The position numbers were made by a program, and so were the translations under genes. From NCBI GenBank assembly GCA_029038705.1, contig GCA_029038705.1_4346.1: a stretch of DNA of 44,263 nucleotides. The stretch is one strand, 5' to 3'. This stretch comes from a phage. Numbering within the stretch: the stretch's first letter is position 1; each line of letters opens with the position of its first letter. Shown here piece by piece: positions 1 through 7,979 of this stretch. The notes under the pieces were generated by a model. The model was not told where the DNA came from. It made no database searches and was given only the letters and a program-made list of their open reading frames with translations.

Positions 1-30
1 AAAAAAAATCCCGGCTGGGTCAGGGCCGGG
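1..30 (-). terminator. Rho-independent terminator at the end of the lysis operon
   Basis: Stem CCCGGC/GCCGGG (about 10-30); on the minus strand it is followed by a run of 8-9 U (plus-strand A8 at 1-8). Confidence 0.6.
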
Positions 31-103
31 ATAAAACTGGAGAGCAGAGGGATGGAACAGGAGGTGATTTAAGTATCGTCTGATTAGTCTTAGGTGTCAA
101 TTG

Positions 104-136
104 GTAAAATAAAACCCGGATTCGCGGTCCGGGTTT
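104..136 (-). terminator. Rho-independent terminator downstream of the endolysin
   Basis: Stem AAACCCGG/CCGGGTTT with a 9 nt loop; on the minus strand it is followed by UUUUAUUUUACC. Confidence 0.6.
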
Positions 137-262
137 CGGGCATAAGCCCCTGAACCCTACGCAGTCTCCACCACCTGGGCTGCTGCTTCAGGTTTACCAG
201 GGCTTAGTATGCAAGCACAAGCAGCGTGATGTAAGTTTACTAAACGCCTTCGTATTCGTCCA

Positions 263-748
263 TCATTTAACAGCCCTCCCGATAGCCTCCGCCTCCTGCC
301 ACTGTTTACCGTCGAACAACGCCAGACGACCCGCAGTACGGCGACGCAGACCAAGTAACGGTTTACCATTCTGGTTGATGAACAGCGCCAGCTTAGCCCG
401 CAGCGTCGTGATATCACCAGAACGCAGCGCCTTACCCGTGCCCGTAGTAGCAGCAATCACGCCAGCGCCCGCGTTATAGACCAGGTCGCAAACAGCATCA
501 AACTGCGCCTGCGTCAGTGAATGGTGCGCTGCTGCGTCAACCGCAGCTACGGCCTTAGCCATATCACGATTCAGTAACAGGAGGCCTTGCCCTGGAGTGA
601 TGGTCCGCCCAGCCTTAACATGAGGGCCATAGCTTCCGTAGCCTATTGTAAGGTACTTCTCATTCGGTGTAGCGCGATACGCAGTTCCGCGGAATCCCTC
701 AAATGCAGCGGTAAAATGCAACCCATTATCTGAAATGTTTCGAGACAC
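263..748 (-). CDS. Endolysin, glycoside hydrolase family 24 (T4/P22-type lysozyme)
   Basis: Translation contains ISDNGLHF...FEGFRGTAYRA...YLTIGYG, the E-x8-D/T-x-TIGxG lysozyme signature. Likely start is GTG at 748, preceded by GGAGGA; the track's ATG at 799 would add an N-terminal extension overlapping the upstream gene. Confidence 0.85.
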   Translation of the reverse strand: MSRNISDNGLHFTAAFEGFRGTAYRATPNEKYLTIGYGSYGPHVKAGRTITPGQGLLLLNRDMAKAVAAVDAAAHHSLTQAQFDAVCDLVYNAGAGVIAATTGTGKALRSGDITTLRAKLALFINQNGKPLLGLRRRTAGRLALFDGKQWQEAEAIGRAVK

Positions 749-998
749 GCTTATGTCCTCCGTATGACAGCCACGCCTGACGAATCTGGCGCAGCGCAAC
801 TAATGTGATTAATGTCCCAGGCAGCGTTGGCGACATGCTGCCCTGTAACAGGTGGATGCATCCGGCAGCGCAAACGATAGCGGTCAGGATGTAGAGCACC
901 CGACCAAATAACCCATCGTCAACACTGGGGTGGTATACATTAAACAGCGATGTGCCACCGATTGCCAGCATACCGCCGAACCAGAATAACTCATTCAT
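726..998 (-). CDS. Small membrane protein, holin or antiholin-like
   Basis: 90 aa with two or three hydrophobic helices (FWFGGMLAIGGTSLF, VLYILTAIVCAAGCIHLL); sits between the holin-like ORF and the endolysin. Confidence 0.5.
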   Translation of the reverse strand: MNELFWFGGMLAIGGTSLFNVYHPSVDDGLFGRVLYILTAIVCAAGCIHLLQGSMSPTLPGTLITLVALRQIRQAWLSYGGHKRVSKHFR

Positions 999-1299
999 CC
1001 GGGTCTCCTCGACGTGCGATGTATTCTCCGGCGACGATACCGGAGAGGCGGGAATAGATAGGCACCCAGAGAATAGCGATAATGAAGCCCAGGCCAGCTA
1101 TCTCGCGTTCGCCGGTAATACCAAACCATTGGGCCGCGAGAGGCGCACCAAATACGGCGCAGGTGAAGCCGGTAGCGATAAAGCAGAAGCCATCAATAGG
1201 GCCAGAAATAACGGACTTATGTTGCCGTAGGCCGATTACCCCTCCGGCTAGTGCGGCAGCGAGAAGCCACCCCGTCACTGTTTCAGTAAATTTATCCAA
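991..1299 (-). CDS. Holin-like membrane protein (TTG start)
   Basis: 102 aa with three predicted TM segments; first gene of the lysis cassette. TTG start with GGAGGA 6 nt upstream, embedded in a hairpin. Confidence 0.55.
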   Translation of the reverse strand: MDKFTETVTGWLLAAALAGGVIGLRQHKSVISGPIDGFCFIATGFTCAVFGAPLAAQWFGITGEREIAGLGFIIAILWVPIYSRLSGIVAGEYIARRGDPDE

Positions 1300-1303
1300 G
1301 ATG

Positions 1304-1340
1304 AATCCTCCAGGTGCATATTAAGTATGCACCTGGAGGA
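1304..1340 (-). promoter_or_regulatory. 15 bp perfect-stem hairpin covering the holin Shine-Dalgarno
   Basis: TCCTCCAGGTGCATA-TTAAG-TATGCACCTGGAGGA. On the minus-strand mRNA the 3' arm contains GGAGGA, 6 nt before the TTG start at 1299. Confidence 0.55.
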
Positions 1341-1371
1341 TACCACGGGTAGGAATTATCCTAATAGCGGT

Positions 1372-1665
1372 TTATTTATGTCTCCAGATGTATTGTCGTC
1401 TCTGTGGTTTCGTCGGGATATCATCGTATCCCAGCGATTTCCAGTAATTAAATAACCGATTAGAGATTGCAGCGCGTTCCTGTGTTTTAAACTCACCGAG
1501 GTTTACGGCCTTCCCGTTCTGGAATCCACAGGCGCGGACAGCTTTACGCCGCTCTTGTATCTCAGGGAACAGTGCGTTACGGCGACGCTTGTGTATACGT
1601 GTCTTCGCTCTCGGTGACAGCGGCGCAAGGCCGCTTCGTTTCAGGATGTCAGTTGCTAACGACAT
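1372..1665 (-). CDS. Hypothetical basic protein
   Basis: Track ORF 1372..1710; likely start is the internal ATG at 1665, which overlaps the upstream stop (TGATG). Arg/Lys-rich. Confidence 0.45.
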   Translation of the reverse strand: MSLATDILKRSGLAPLSPRAKTRIHKRRRNALFPEIQERRKAVRACGFQNGKAVNLGEFKTQERAAISNRLFNYWKSLGYDDIPTKPQRRQYIWRHK

Positions 1666-1934
1666 CACTCCACCCCCTCCACATGTGTAACTGACCCACA
1701 GTTCGCGCACTCGACGTAATCAGGGAACTGGTCTTTGTATTTCTGTAACTCGGCTTCCGCTTTTTCTGCCCACGCTAAAAAGTCGAAAGCGGCATTGAGC
1801 ATCTGCGTACGCCATGTCCTGAGTTCATTGAACTTACGCTCAAGTTCCGCGTAGTCTTCGTAACCAACCCAGTCACCATCGTCGTGCGGCCCTATTAAAC
1901 CGCCTTGTAATAAATATCTCTGTACCATAATCAC
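1665..1934 (-). CDS. Hypothetical protein
   Basis: 89 aa ORF with C-terminal CANCGS motif; start overlaps the upstream stop. Confidence 0.5.
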   Translation of the reverse strand: MIMVQRYLLQGGLIGPHDDGDWVGYEDYAELERKFNELRTWRTQMLNAAFDFLAWAEKAEAELQKYKDQFPDYVECANCGSVTHVEGVE

Positions 1935-2134
1935 TTCTCCTGTTTACCAAGTCGCTTAGGTGAGCAGATAGCGCGTACCTCTGAATCGTTAGGCTTGTCG
2001 CCCTGAAACAAGAAGTGCGCGTTCTCTGCGGCGCGTGCCGCTGACTGGCACGCCTCCATAGAATAAAACGTTTCTGTTGCCGCCAGGTGCATCTGACCCG
2101 CAGATAACACCCAGATAAAGAGGATGCTGGTCAT
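1931..2134 (-). CDS. Hypothetical small protein with N-terminal hydrophobic (signal-like) segment
   Basis: 67 aa; MTSILFIWVLSAGQMHLAA at the N-terminus. Confidence 0.45.
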   Translation of the reverse strand: MTSILFIWVLSAGQMHLAATETFYSMEACQSAARAAENAHFLFQGDKPNDSEVRAICSPKRLGKQEK

Positions 2135-2212
2135 TTGTAGCGAACCTCTGGTTCAGCGTAGCCATTGTCTTTCCGGGCCGGGGTGAACCCAAACCGGCTC
2201 CGGAACCATATT

Positions 2213-2398
2213 TCAAACTGCTGCAAAGTGAGTCTCACTTCCTGGTAACTTGAAGCCGTTGTCGGTCCGCGCCACGTTCCACTCAATCCCACCGTGGTAC
2301 ACAACCATGTCATCTAAATCCAGGTCTATAACGGTTCCTACTTTGAAGATGCCTTTAGTCAGTTCACTGTCTCTTTTTGTAACTTTAACTTCTAACAT
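2213..2398 (-). CDS. Hypothetical protein
   Basis: 61 aa ORF directly downstream of promoter 2431-2459; GAGGAAAACG precedes the ATG. Confidence 0.5.
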   Translation of the reverse strand: MLEVKVTKRDSELTKGIFKVGTVIDLDLDDMVVYHGGIEWNVARTDNGFKLPGSETHFAAV

Positions 2399-2430
2399 TT
2401 CGTTTTCCTCTGTCTCGTCTGTGTAAATGA

Positions 2431-2459
2431 ATAGTAGCCTATTCTATCTTAGTGTGCAA
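2431..2459 (-). promoter_or_regulatory. Sigma70-like promoter (TTGCAC-N17-TACTAT) carrying the AATAG-N4-CTATT element
   Basis: On the minus strand: TTGCAC, 17 nt, TACTAT. Plus strand carries GAATAGTAGCCTATTC. Confidence 0.55.
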
Positions 2460-2466
2460 GTAAATT

Positions 2467-2637
2467 TTATTGGTGTTTTAAAGATAATCGTTCGCCACGA
2501 ATCCAGTAGTACCTCGGGCGTCTGGCCCACTGGCACCAGCGCATAACACGGTACTTGTTGCCGTCTGACGCAACAATAAGCCCGAATCGCTTTTCTCCGT
2601 TTCTACCGGTCCAGGTTACGATGTCATTCAGTTTCAT
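2467..2637 (-). CDS. Hypothetical small protein
   Basis: 56 aa ORF (MKLNDIVTWTGRNGEKRF...), below the 60 aa track cutoff; fills an otherwise empty gap. Confidence 0.3.
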   Translation of the reverse strand: MKLNDIVTWTGRNGEKRFGLIVASDGNKYRVMRWCQWARRPRYYWIRGERLSLKHQ

Positions 2638-2771
2638 TGTTGCGTCTCCTGCAATAGTCGCTTCGATTGTTGCGTTTGGTGAAAGTGTCGCCTTTTGACG
2701 ACACTAAGTTAAAGTTGTACGCTGCTGTGTAGCAGCGTAAGTCACTCAGTAAAATCCCAAACTATTGAACA

Positions 2772-2972
2772 TCACACTTCCGGCGGTTCAGGTAACGGCA
2801 TCCAGTGAGTCACGTACTTATCGTAGTGATTCCAGAAAGGCTTTCTCCCGTCATCAGGAACGATGTAATAATCGTGTTGAACTGCGTTATTTAACGTTTC
2901 ATACACCAGGAATTCTTTATCTGTACTACCGTTGCCCGGCAGCATCTCACTACACTTAATCCACTCACCCAT
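2772..2972 (-). CDS. Hypothetical protein
   Basis: 66 aa ORF in the early minus-strand operon. Confidence 0.5.
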   Translation of the reverse strand: MGEWIKCSEMLPGNGSTDKEFLVYETLNNAVQHDYYIVPDDGRKPFWNHYDKYVTHWMPLPEPPEV

Positions 2973-2975
2973 ATC

Positions 2976-3119
2976 TCACCTCGTATTCATCGCAGTTTGA
3001 ACACCAGCTTTCCACGCCCGCCACGCGAGACGTGTCTTAACGTTCAGGTACTCTTTCTTTGAACCCTTGTTAACCGGCAGACCCTCGACGATGGCCCACC
3101 GTTCGAATGCTTCTCTCAT
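2976..3119 (-). CDS. Hypothetical small protein
   Basis: 47 aa ORF (MREAFERWAIVEGLPVNKG...); its ATG overlaps the upstream stop (ATGA). Confidence 0.3.
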   Translation of the reverse strand: MREAFERWAIVEGLPVNKGSKKEYLNVKTRLAWRAWKAGVQTAMNTR

Positions 3120-3322
3120 AACTCAACCCCGTGGTGCTTAAGAAAACTGTTTAACTTGTACTCACGGTACTGTGCTACCTCCTTAGCATGAGCCAAATGC
3201 CACGACTTCAACGGGGTGTACTTCGCCTTTTCCCAGCATTCAACACCAAACTCGGCGGCGCGCAGACCGCCAATCAGACGGCGTAAGCGGAATTCGTTAT
3301 ACGGACTCATACCAACCTCCAC
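3116..3322 (-). CDS. Hypothetical protein
   Basis: 68 aa ORF. Confidence 0.5.
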   Translation of the reverse strand: MEVGMSPYNEFRLRRLIGGLRAAEFGVECWEKAKYTPLKSWHLAHAKEVAQYREYKLNSFLKHHGVEL

Positions 3323-3364
3323 AACGCGTGCACCACATAAACGGCGCTGATGATTAAAACAAAC

Positions 3365-3586
3365 TTATTCACGGCAACCTCCCTCAGAGTCGTCGGCACG
3401 AGCATCATGATTCGATGCCGGTTCGAGTAAAGTGACCACACCACTTTCCTTCGTCAGAAGGATGTAAACCGTCCGCAAATGTGCGTACTGTTTTAGCCAG
3501 GGACCGATTTCGGATTTACTGTTGAATTCTTTACTGGCTATGGTTTGTTTTGTCTCTTTCGATTTAATCTCTAGCTTAATCATCAC
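3365..3586 (-). CDS. Hypothetical protein
   Basis: 73 aa ORF. Confidence 0.5.
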   Translation of the reverse strand: MMIKLEIKSKETKQTIASKEFNSKSEIGPWLKQYAHLRTVYILLTKESGVVTLLEPASNHDARADDSEGGCRE

Positions 3587-3777
3587 TTCGCCCCTTTGAA
3601 TTTAAAATTGTTGCCGATGAGTGTTAAATTATCTCTGAAAGCGTAACCATGTTTCTTTCGTACAAGACCCCATACGTCTACAGCGGTACTATATTCATCC
3701 TCATTCTGGGTAACTATTACGTACTGTCCGCCGCGTTTTGTTTTAACCAACTGACCCTTCTTAAACATAACCATCAC
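3583..3777 (-). CDS. Hypothetical protein
   Basis: 64 aa ORF; start overlaps the upstream stop. Confidence 0.5.
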   Translation of the reverse strand: MMVMFKKGQLVKTKRGGQYVIVTQNEDEYSTAVDVWGLVRKKHGYAFRDNLTLIGNNFKFKGAK

Positions 3778-3786
3778 TCCTCTGTC

Positions 3787-4005
3787 TTATTTAAAGTAGA
3801 TAGCAAATTTCTTGTAACCCGCTGGCTCGTTACGAAGTCCTTTACCGTTAGCGAAACGTTGTACGTTAACAAAATCATTTTCATCCATTCCGTCGGTGTC
3901 GAACGTAAAGAAGTTGCGCTTGTTCCCGATAATTACGCGCTCTGAGATATCGATGCCGTAAACTTCTTTGATTGCGGAAACTACGCTTGCGGTCGCTTTG
4001 TTCAT
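3787..4005 (-). CDS. Hypothetical protein (first gene of the leftward early operon)
   Basis: 72 aa ORF immediately downstream of promoter 4040-4068. Confidence 0.5.
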   Translation of the reverse strand: MNKATASVVSAIKEVYGIDISERVIIGNKRNFFTFDTDGMDENDFVNVQRFANGKGLRNEPAGYKKFAIYFK

Positions 4006-4039
4006 TTCTAAATTCCTTATGTCTCGTTTCGATAAGTGA

Positions 4040-4068
4040 ATAGTAACCTATTATGTTGGGGTGTGCAA
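4040..4068 (-). promoter_or_regulatory. Sigma70-like promoter (TTGCAC-N17-TACTAT) carrying the AATAG-N4-CTATT element
   Basis: Minus strand: TTGCAC, 17 nt, TACTAT. Plus strand reads GTGAATAGTAACCTATTATG. Confidence 0.55.
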
Positions 4069-4426
4069 GAGAATAGTTACGTTGCCGTTGTGATTCTTCG
4101 GGGAGGGTTGTGCCTTTATTCTTATTACTTGGTAACTAAAGGGCAGGCTTAAGCCTGCCCAATAATCGTTACATTTTTACGGTTGCGAATCTACGGCACA
4201 TTAAGAAACAGTATATATTTCAGCGGGTTACTTCTTTAAATGAGATTTAGATACACTTATCCTTAAACCCCAAGGCAAGCATCTCAGCTGTCTGGGAGGG
4301 GTTGACGAATCCCTCGGGGAGGGTTCGTCAACTCCGTAATATATACAAGTCCCAAAACCATTATACAAACATGTGTCAAGAACTTTCAATAACATTTTTG
4401 TAAAGATTAAATATTACAGAGATTGG

Positions 4427-4455
4427 TTGCTTTTACATTCCCGCTATCCTATACT
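4427..4455 (+). promoter_or_regulatory. Sigma70-like promoter for the rightward operon
   Basis: TTGCTT, 17 nt, TATACT, about 30 nt upstream of the ATG at 4487. Confidence 0.45.
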
Positions 4456-4486
4456 CAGTTTCACCAAACAAACAGGAGATATAAAA

Positions 4487-4669
4487 ATGTCGCATTATAT
4501 GACGCAGAATGAAGTAGCTGAACGTATCGGGGTGACACGTCAGACAATTAATAACTGGTTGCGCAGCGGCAAATTCCCTGACTGCTGTATTAAGGTTATG
4601 GGCCGCCGTTTACCGGGAACATTTGACCGTAATAAAGTCGAAGCATGGATTAAGGAGAACGTGAAATGA
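4487..4669 (+). CDS. Small HTH DNA-binding protein (AlpA/MerR-excisionase-like fold)
   Basis: MSHYMTQNEVAERIGVTRQTINNWLRSGKFP is a helix-turn-helix signature. AGGAGA sits 7 nt upstream; the track's longer ORF from 4373 has no RBS. Confidence 0.6.
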   Translation: MSHYMTQNEVAERIGVTRQTINNWLRSGKFPDCCIKVMGRRLPGTFDRNKVEAWIKENVK

Positions 4670-4956
4670 AAGGCGTAATTTTCCACAATAAAGCAGAAAA
4701 CGAAGTGTATATGGTTCACTCCGTGGCAGGAGAGTTCGCTTTATGCTTCAATATCTCTTGCCATCTTGATACCTACCGGCCTTTCTGCGTAGAAACAGAA
4801 ATGAAGCTAATTAGCTTACGCCAACTAAGCACCATGTCGGCATCGCTTAACGTAAGAGATAATCTCGAGTATATCGACTTCTATTTCGGCGATGATTTGG
4901 TCGAGGAATATTTTGAAGAGTATAAAAATTTGCTGGAAGGGTTGGCTAAACGGTAA
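4666..4956 (+). CDS. Hypothetical protein
   Basis: 96 aa ORF; ATGA overlap with the upstream gene. Confidence 0.5.
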   Translation: MKGVIFHNKAENEVYMVHSVAGEFALCFNISCHLDTYRPFCVETEMKLISLRQLSTMSASLNVRDNLEYIDFYFGDDLVEEYFEEYKNLLEGLAKR

Positions 4957-5025
4957 AAAGAAACCCCAACGCAAGAACGTCGGGGCCAAAGCACAAATCA
5001 TCAAAGTAAGCACAAGGATTATACA

Positions 5026-5154
5026 ATGACGAAGTTAATAGTTCCACAGCTGCGCCGACAGAAACACGGCGCCGATTTCTTCGCGCCGGTAAAGATGAAC
5101 CGCGCAATGCGCCGTATGCAGGAAGCCTTAGAACGTGCGGAGAAAAAGAAATGA
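5026..5154 (+). CDS. Hypothetical small basic protein
   Basis: 42 aa ORF (MTKLIVPQLRRQKHG...), AAGGA upstream; ATGA overlap with the next gene. Confidence 0.35.
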   Translation: MTKLIVPQLRRQKHGADFFAPVKMNRAMRRMQEALERAEKKK

Positions 5155-7373
5155 ATATTGTTTTTGCAACGCTGCGTAACACATTCGATAAAAACCCTGT
5201 AGCGCGTGAAATGCCGCTGGAGCAGTTTGTCGAGTATGTCTGCGATACATCGAAGCGTTTATCCGTGGACCCGTCATGGACTAAGGAAGAGTACGACGCT
5301 GCCAAGATTAAACAGAAAGCTATTGCGCCTGTTGGTGGTCGCCGTAAAAACGCTATCCTGGAAGACAGTGTGGTTAAGTTCGATTTCGACCATCTCAACC
5401 GTACTCAGTACCGCGACCTGACACGCAAATTCAAGAACGCGCCGTTCTTCAATATTCTGCACACAACGGCATCGCATCAGCACGCATGTAAAAACGGAGA
5501 TTACGCTTTCCGCGTTCTGGTTCCAGCTCGCACGCCGTTTAACTCTAACGACGCGTGGATGGTGCAACGTGCTATTTGTGCAGAGTTAGAAATAGACGAA
5601 GCGTTGCGCGACCACTGCACAGAAGACGGCAACCGCCTTATCTACCTGCCGCATAAAGAGTCGAAGATAACGGTTACAGAAGGGCGTGTTATCCGTGCTG
5701 AGCGGTACATCAAGAAAGCCGAAGAGATGGGGTTGCGTAAGCGTGAGGCTAAAACACTTGCCGCTGATGAGCATGGGCTTAACGCGGATATAGCACACTT
5801 CTGCGAAGCCGAGCTTGGCCTTGACGCTTTATCTTCCGGGCGCGGGTACGAAGTGCCATGCCCTAACGAACATCTGCATACAGGCAAGGGCTCCACCAGC
5901 ATAATGCTCGACGGTAAAGAAGTGCGCTTTGTCTGCCAGCATACAAACAACGGCGCTTGCACCGAGCTTAACCGTAGGCAGCATTTGGCCCTGCGTATGT
6001 GTGGCCTACCCGACGAGCTTAACATAGATAAGCAACCTATCAGCATTAACAGCATTCGTGCGGCTCTGCCTGATTTACCGGAAGAAGAGATTGAAGAACT
6101 ACACCGCACAGAGAACGAGGACCCAGTAACTTGCAGCCTCGACGACCTGGAAGACGACGAGGACTCAGAGGAGGACGAGTTACCGGAGCCGGTAAAGGCT
6201 GATTTCGTCGTTGAGGGGTACATGCCGTCGGATTGTATCTGGGATATCGTCGGGGAATCTGGCACGTACAAATCGTTCTATACGCTGGGGATGATGTACC
6301 TCAGCGCCGCCGGGTACAGGTTTGCGGGGGCGGATACCCAGCGTTGCCACCATTTCTATATTGATGGTGAGGGTGGCGCAGCTACACGCACCCGTATTGA
6401 TGCACTAGCGGCTAAATATGGCGGGGAAGGTAAAGATTATGTACACGTCATCGATATGGGCGAAGTCGGCAAACTTAAAAGCCTGATTAAGTTAATGCGC
6501 GAAACTGCTGGCGACGAGCCAATTGGCATGGTTGCGTTCGACACCCTTAACCAGACCCTGGCACTGACGATTGATAAGTTCGACGAGAACAGTTCATCAA
6601 CAGCAATCGGCATGGGTAAAGTTATCGCCATTCTGAAAGAAGTACGCGATGCAACTAAAGCCGCAGTAGGCGTTGTCCACCATACGCCGAAGGGTGGAAA
6701 GAAAGCACGCGGCAGTGGGGCGCTGTATGCGGGTGTTGACGTGGAACTGACAATCGAACGTGCAACCGACCGTCAGATAAACGTATATCACTCGAAATTC
6801 AAGCACGGGCCTCAGCAGAAGACGGTTGGCATGGTGCTGGAGTCGGTACAGTTCCGTGAAGCGCCGCCGCCTAAAGAATACCGAGCGGTTGAGTTCCTGG
6901 GTAGCACAGAGGAATACGGCACAATCGTAAACCTGGACCTGCCTGAACCACACAAGGCGCTTGTGTTGATGCCGTGGGGTTTCGAGCCGTTCAAAACTGA
7001 CGAGGAGAAAGAGCGGGAAGAAGGGTTGACGAAAGAAGGTAAGCAAAAAGTAAAGGAAGAAGTTAAACGCGGCAGGGATGAAGTAAGGAAGGAGTCAATA
7101 CTTTCGGCACTGGAAGACCTGCAACAGTCAGATGACACAGGTCGCGGTTTTACTCAGCAGCAGATAGTGGCTCGTTCCGGTGACTTCTCTGTGACTAACA
7201 CCCATCTTGATAAAATGTTGAAAGATGGAGAACTAATGCTTGGTTGCGATGCTAACGGCGAAGTAGTACCGAGAACATATCGTATACCCGAAAGAATAGG
7301 TGATAGATTAAGGCCGAAGACACTATACGAACCAAATGAGATGCTGGTGGTGACAGAGGAGGATTTGGAATAG
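5151..7373 (+). CDS. Replicative primase-helicase-like protein (N-terminal primase-like region, Cys/His cluster, C-terminal RecA/DnaB-type P-loop ATPase)
   Basis: 740 aa. Walker A-like GESGTYKS, Walker B-like VAFDTL, Cys/His cluster CPNEHLHTG...CQHTNNGAC, and a C-terminal acidic/basic tail. Domain assignment is by eye. Confidence 0.65.
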   Translation: MNIVFATLRNTFDKNPVAREMPLEQFVEYVCDTSKRLSVDPSWTKEEYDAAKIKQKAIAPVGGRRKNAILEDSVVKFDFDHLNRTQYRDLTRKFKNAPFFNILHTTASHQHACKNGDYAFRVLVPARTPFNSNDAWMVQRAICAELEIDEALRDHCTEDGNRLIYLPHKESKITVTEGRVIRAERYIKKAEEMGLRKREAKTLAADEHGLNADIAHFCEAELGLDALSSGRGYEVPCPNEHLHTGKGSTSIMLDGKEVRFVCQHTNNGACTELNRRQHLALRMCGLPDELNIDKQPISINSIRAALPDLPEEEIEELHRTENEDPVTCSLDDLEDDEDSEEDELPEPVKADFVVEGYMPSDCIWDIVGESGTYKSFYTLGMMYLSAAGYRFAGADTQRCHHFYIDGEGGAATRTRIDALAAKYGGEGKDYVHVIDMGEVGKLKSLIKLMRETAGDEPIGMVAFDTLNQTLALTIDKFDENSSSTAIGMGKVIAILKEVRDATKAAVGVVHHTPKGGKKARGSGALYAGVDVELTIERATDRQINVYHSKFKHGPQQKTVGMVLESVQFREAPPPKEYRAVEFLGSTEEYGTIVNLDLPEPHKALVLMPWGFEPFKTDEEKEREEGLTKEGKQKVKEEVKRGRDEVRKESILSALEDLQQSDDTGRGFTQQQIVARSGDFSVTNTHLDKMLKDGELMLGCDANGEVVPRTYRIPERIGDRLRPKTLYEPNEMLVVTEEDLE

Positions 7374-7400
7374 GTAAAAAGAAAGGGGCGTTACGCCCCT
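7373..7400 (-). terminator. Terminator between the converging primase-helicase and XRE genes
   Basis: Hairpin AGGGGCG-TTAC-GCCCCT; minus strand is followed by UUCUUUUUACC. Overlaps the XRE stop codon. Confidence 0.5.
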
Positions 7401-7606
7401 TCACCTAGCGCCAGCCACTTGGCGTCTACTTCCAGCACTTCCGCCAGTTTAAACAGCGTTGCCGGGCGTACGTCCTGAGTTACCCCGAGTGCAAGCTGGT
7501 TAATCGCGCCCTGGGAAACGCCGGCCAGAACAGCCAGACGGCGCTGGGAGATACCGAGTTCTTTACGGCGTTGCTCTACACGGATGCCTAGTTCAGATGG
7601 TTGCAT
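7391..7606 (-). CDS. XRE-family (Cro/CI-type) HTH transcriptional regulator
   Basis: 71 aa; ELGISQRRLAVLAGVSQGAINQLALG is the XRE helix-turn-helix pattern. Divergent from the flanking plus-strand genes. Confidence 0.8.
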   Translation of the reverse strand: MQPSELGIRVEQRRKELGISQRRLAVLAGVSQGAINQLALGVTQDVRPATLFKLAEVLEVDAKWLALGEGA

Positions 7607-7626
7607 GTCAGTTACTCCTTAGTCAG

Positions 7627-7655
7627 TTGATATGTGAATAGTACCATATTAATTA
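7627..7655. promoter_or_regulatory. Operator-like copy 1 (GTGAATAGTACCATATTAAT), probably overlapping the leftward promoter of the XRE gene
   Basis: Degenerate copy of the AATAG-N4-CTATT element (second half ATATT), immediately upstream of the XRE gene start. Confidence 0.45.
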
Positions 7656-7670
7656 TTTTAGAAAAGCCCA

Positions 7671-7699
7671 TTGACATGTGAATAGTTCGCTATTATAGT
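7671..7699 (+). promoter_or_regulatory. Sigma70-like promoter (TTGACA-N17-TATAGT) with embedded AATAG-N4-CTATT palindrome
   Basis: TTGACATGTGAATAGTTCGCTATTATAGT; drives the gene at 7728. Confidence 0.6.
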
Positions 7700-7727
7700 T
7701 AGCCCATACCAAACGAGAGGGGCAGAT

Positions 7728-7955
7728 ATGAACACAATCACTGGGGCCATAGCTAAAGGTTTTCGAGCAATTTTCGGCGCTCCGCAAGAAGTGTGCACAA
7801 AACATAAATTTGTACTTTCTTGCGTAGTAGGGGATGAGTTTGATGGGTTCGATAAACTTGTTGTCTGTGACCATTGCGGGCAAGAAGCTATTCAACACTC
7901 AAACGGTAAATTTGAACTAATAGACGATAGCCTTACTGAAGGCGACGGTGAGTAA
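7728..7955 (+). CDS. Hypothetical protein (possible Cys-containing zinc-binding motif)
   Basis: 75 aa; CTKHK...CDHCG; GAGAGGGG RBS upstream. Confidence 0.5.
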   Translation: MNTITGAIAKGFRAIFGAPQEVCTKHKFVLSCVVGDEFDGFDKLVVCDHCGQEAIQHSNGKFELIDDSLTEGDGE

Positions 7956-7979
7956 CTTACACAAACAGGAGAGAAACAA

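Noticed and set aside
157-456. 99 aa minus-strand ORF, Arg-rich
   Set aside because: Lies entirely within the endolysin gene in another frame; composition typical of an out-of-frame artefact.
1989-2313. Two overlapping minus-strand ORFs (1989..2216 and 2131..2313)
   Set aside because: Each overlaps a better-supported neighbour (1931..2134, 2213..2398) out of frame; Gly/Arg-rich composition and no RBS.
4141-4160. GC-rich hairpin GGGCAGGC-TTAA-GCCTGCCC as a terminator
   Set aside because: No gene ends next to it on either strand and the T-run is weak; kept as a structural element of the control region instead.
4373-4486. Upstream ATG extension of the HTH gene (track ORF 4373..4669)
   Set aside because: The extension would run through the promoter region and lacks an RBS; the internal ATG at 4487 has AGGAGA at ideal spacing.
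5642-6271. 209 aa Ser-rich ORF antisense to the primase-helicase gene
   Set aside because: Fully nested antisense in a well-supported gene; low-complexity composition.
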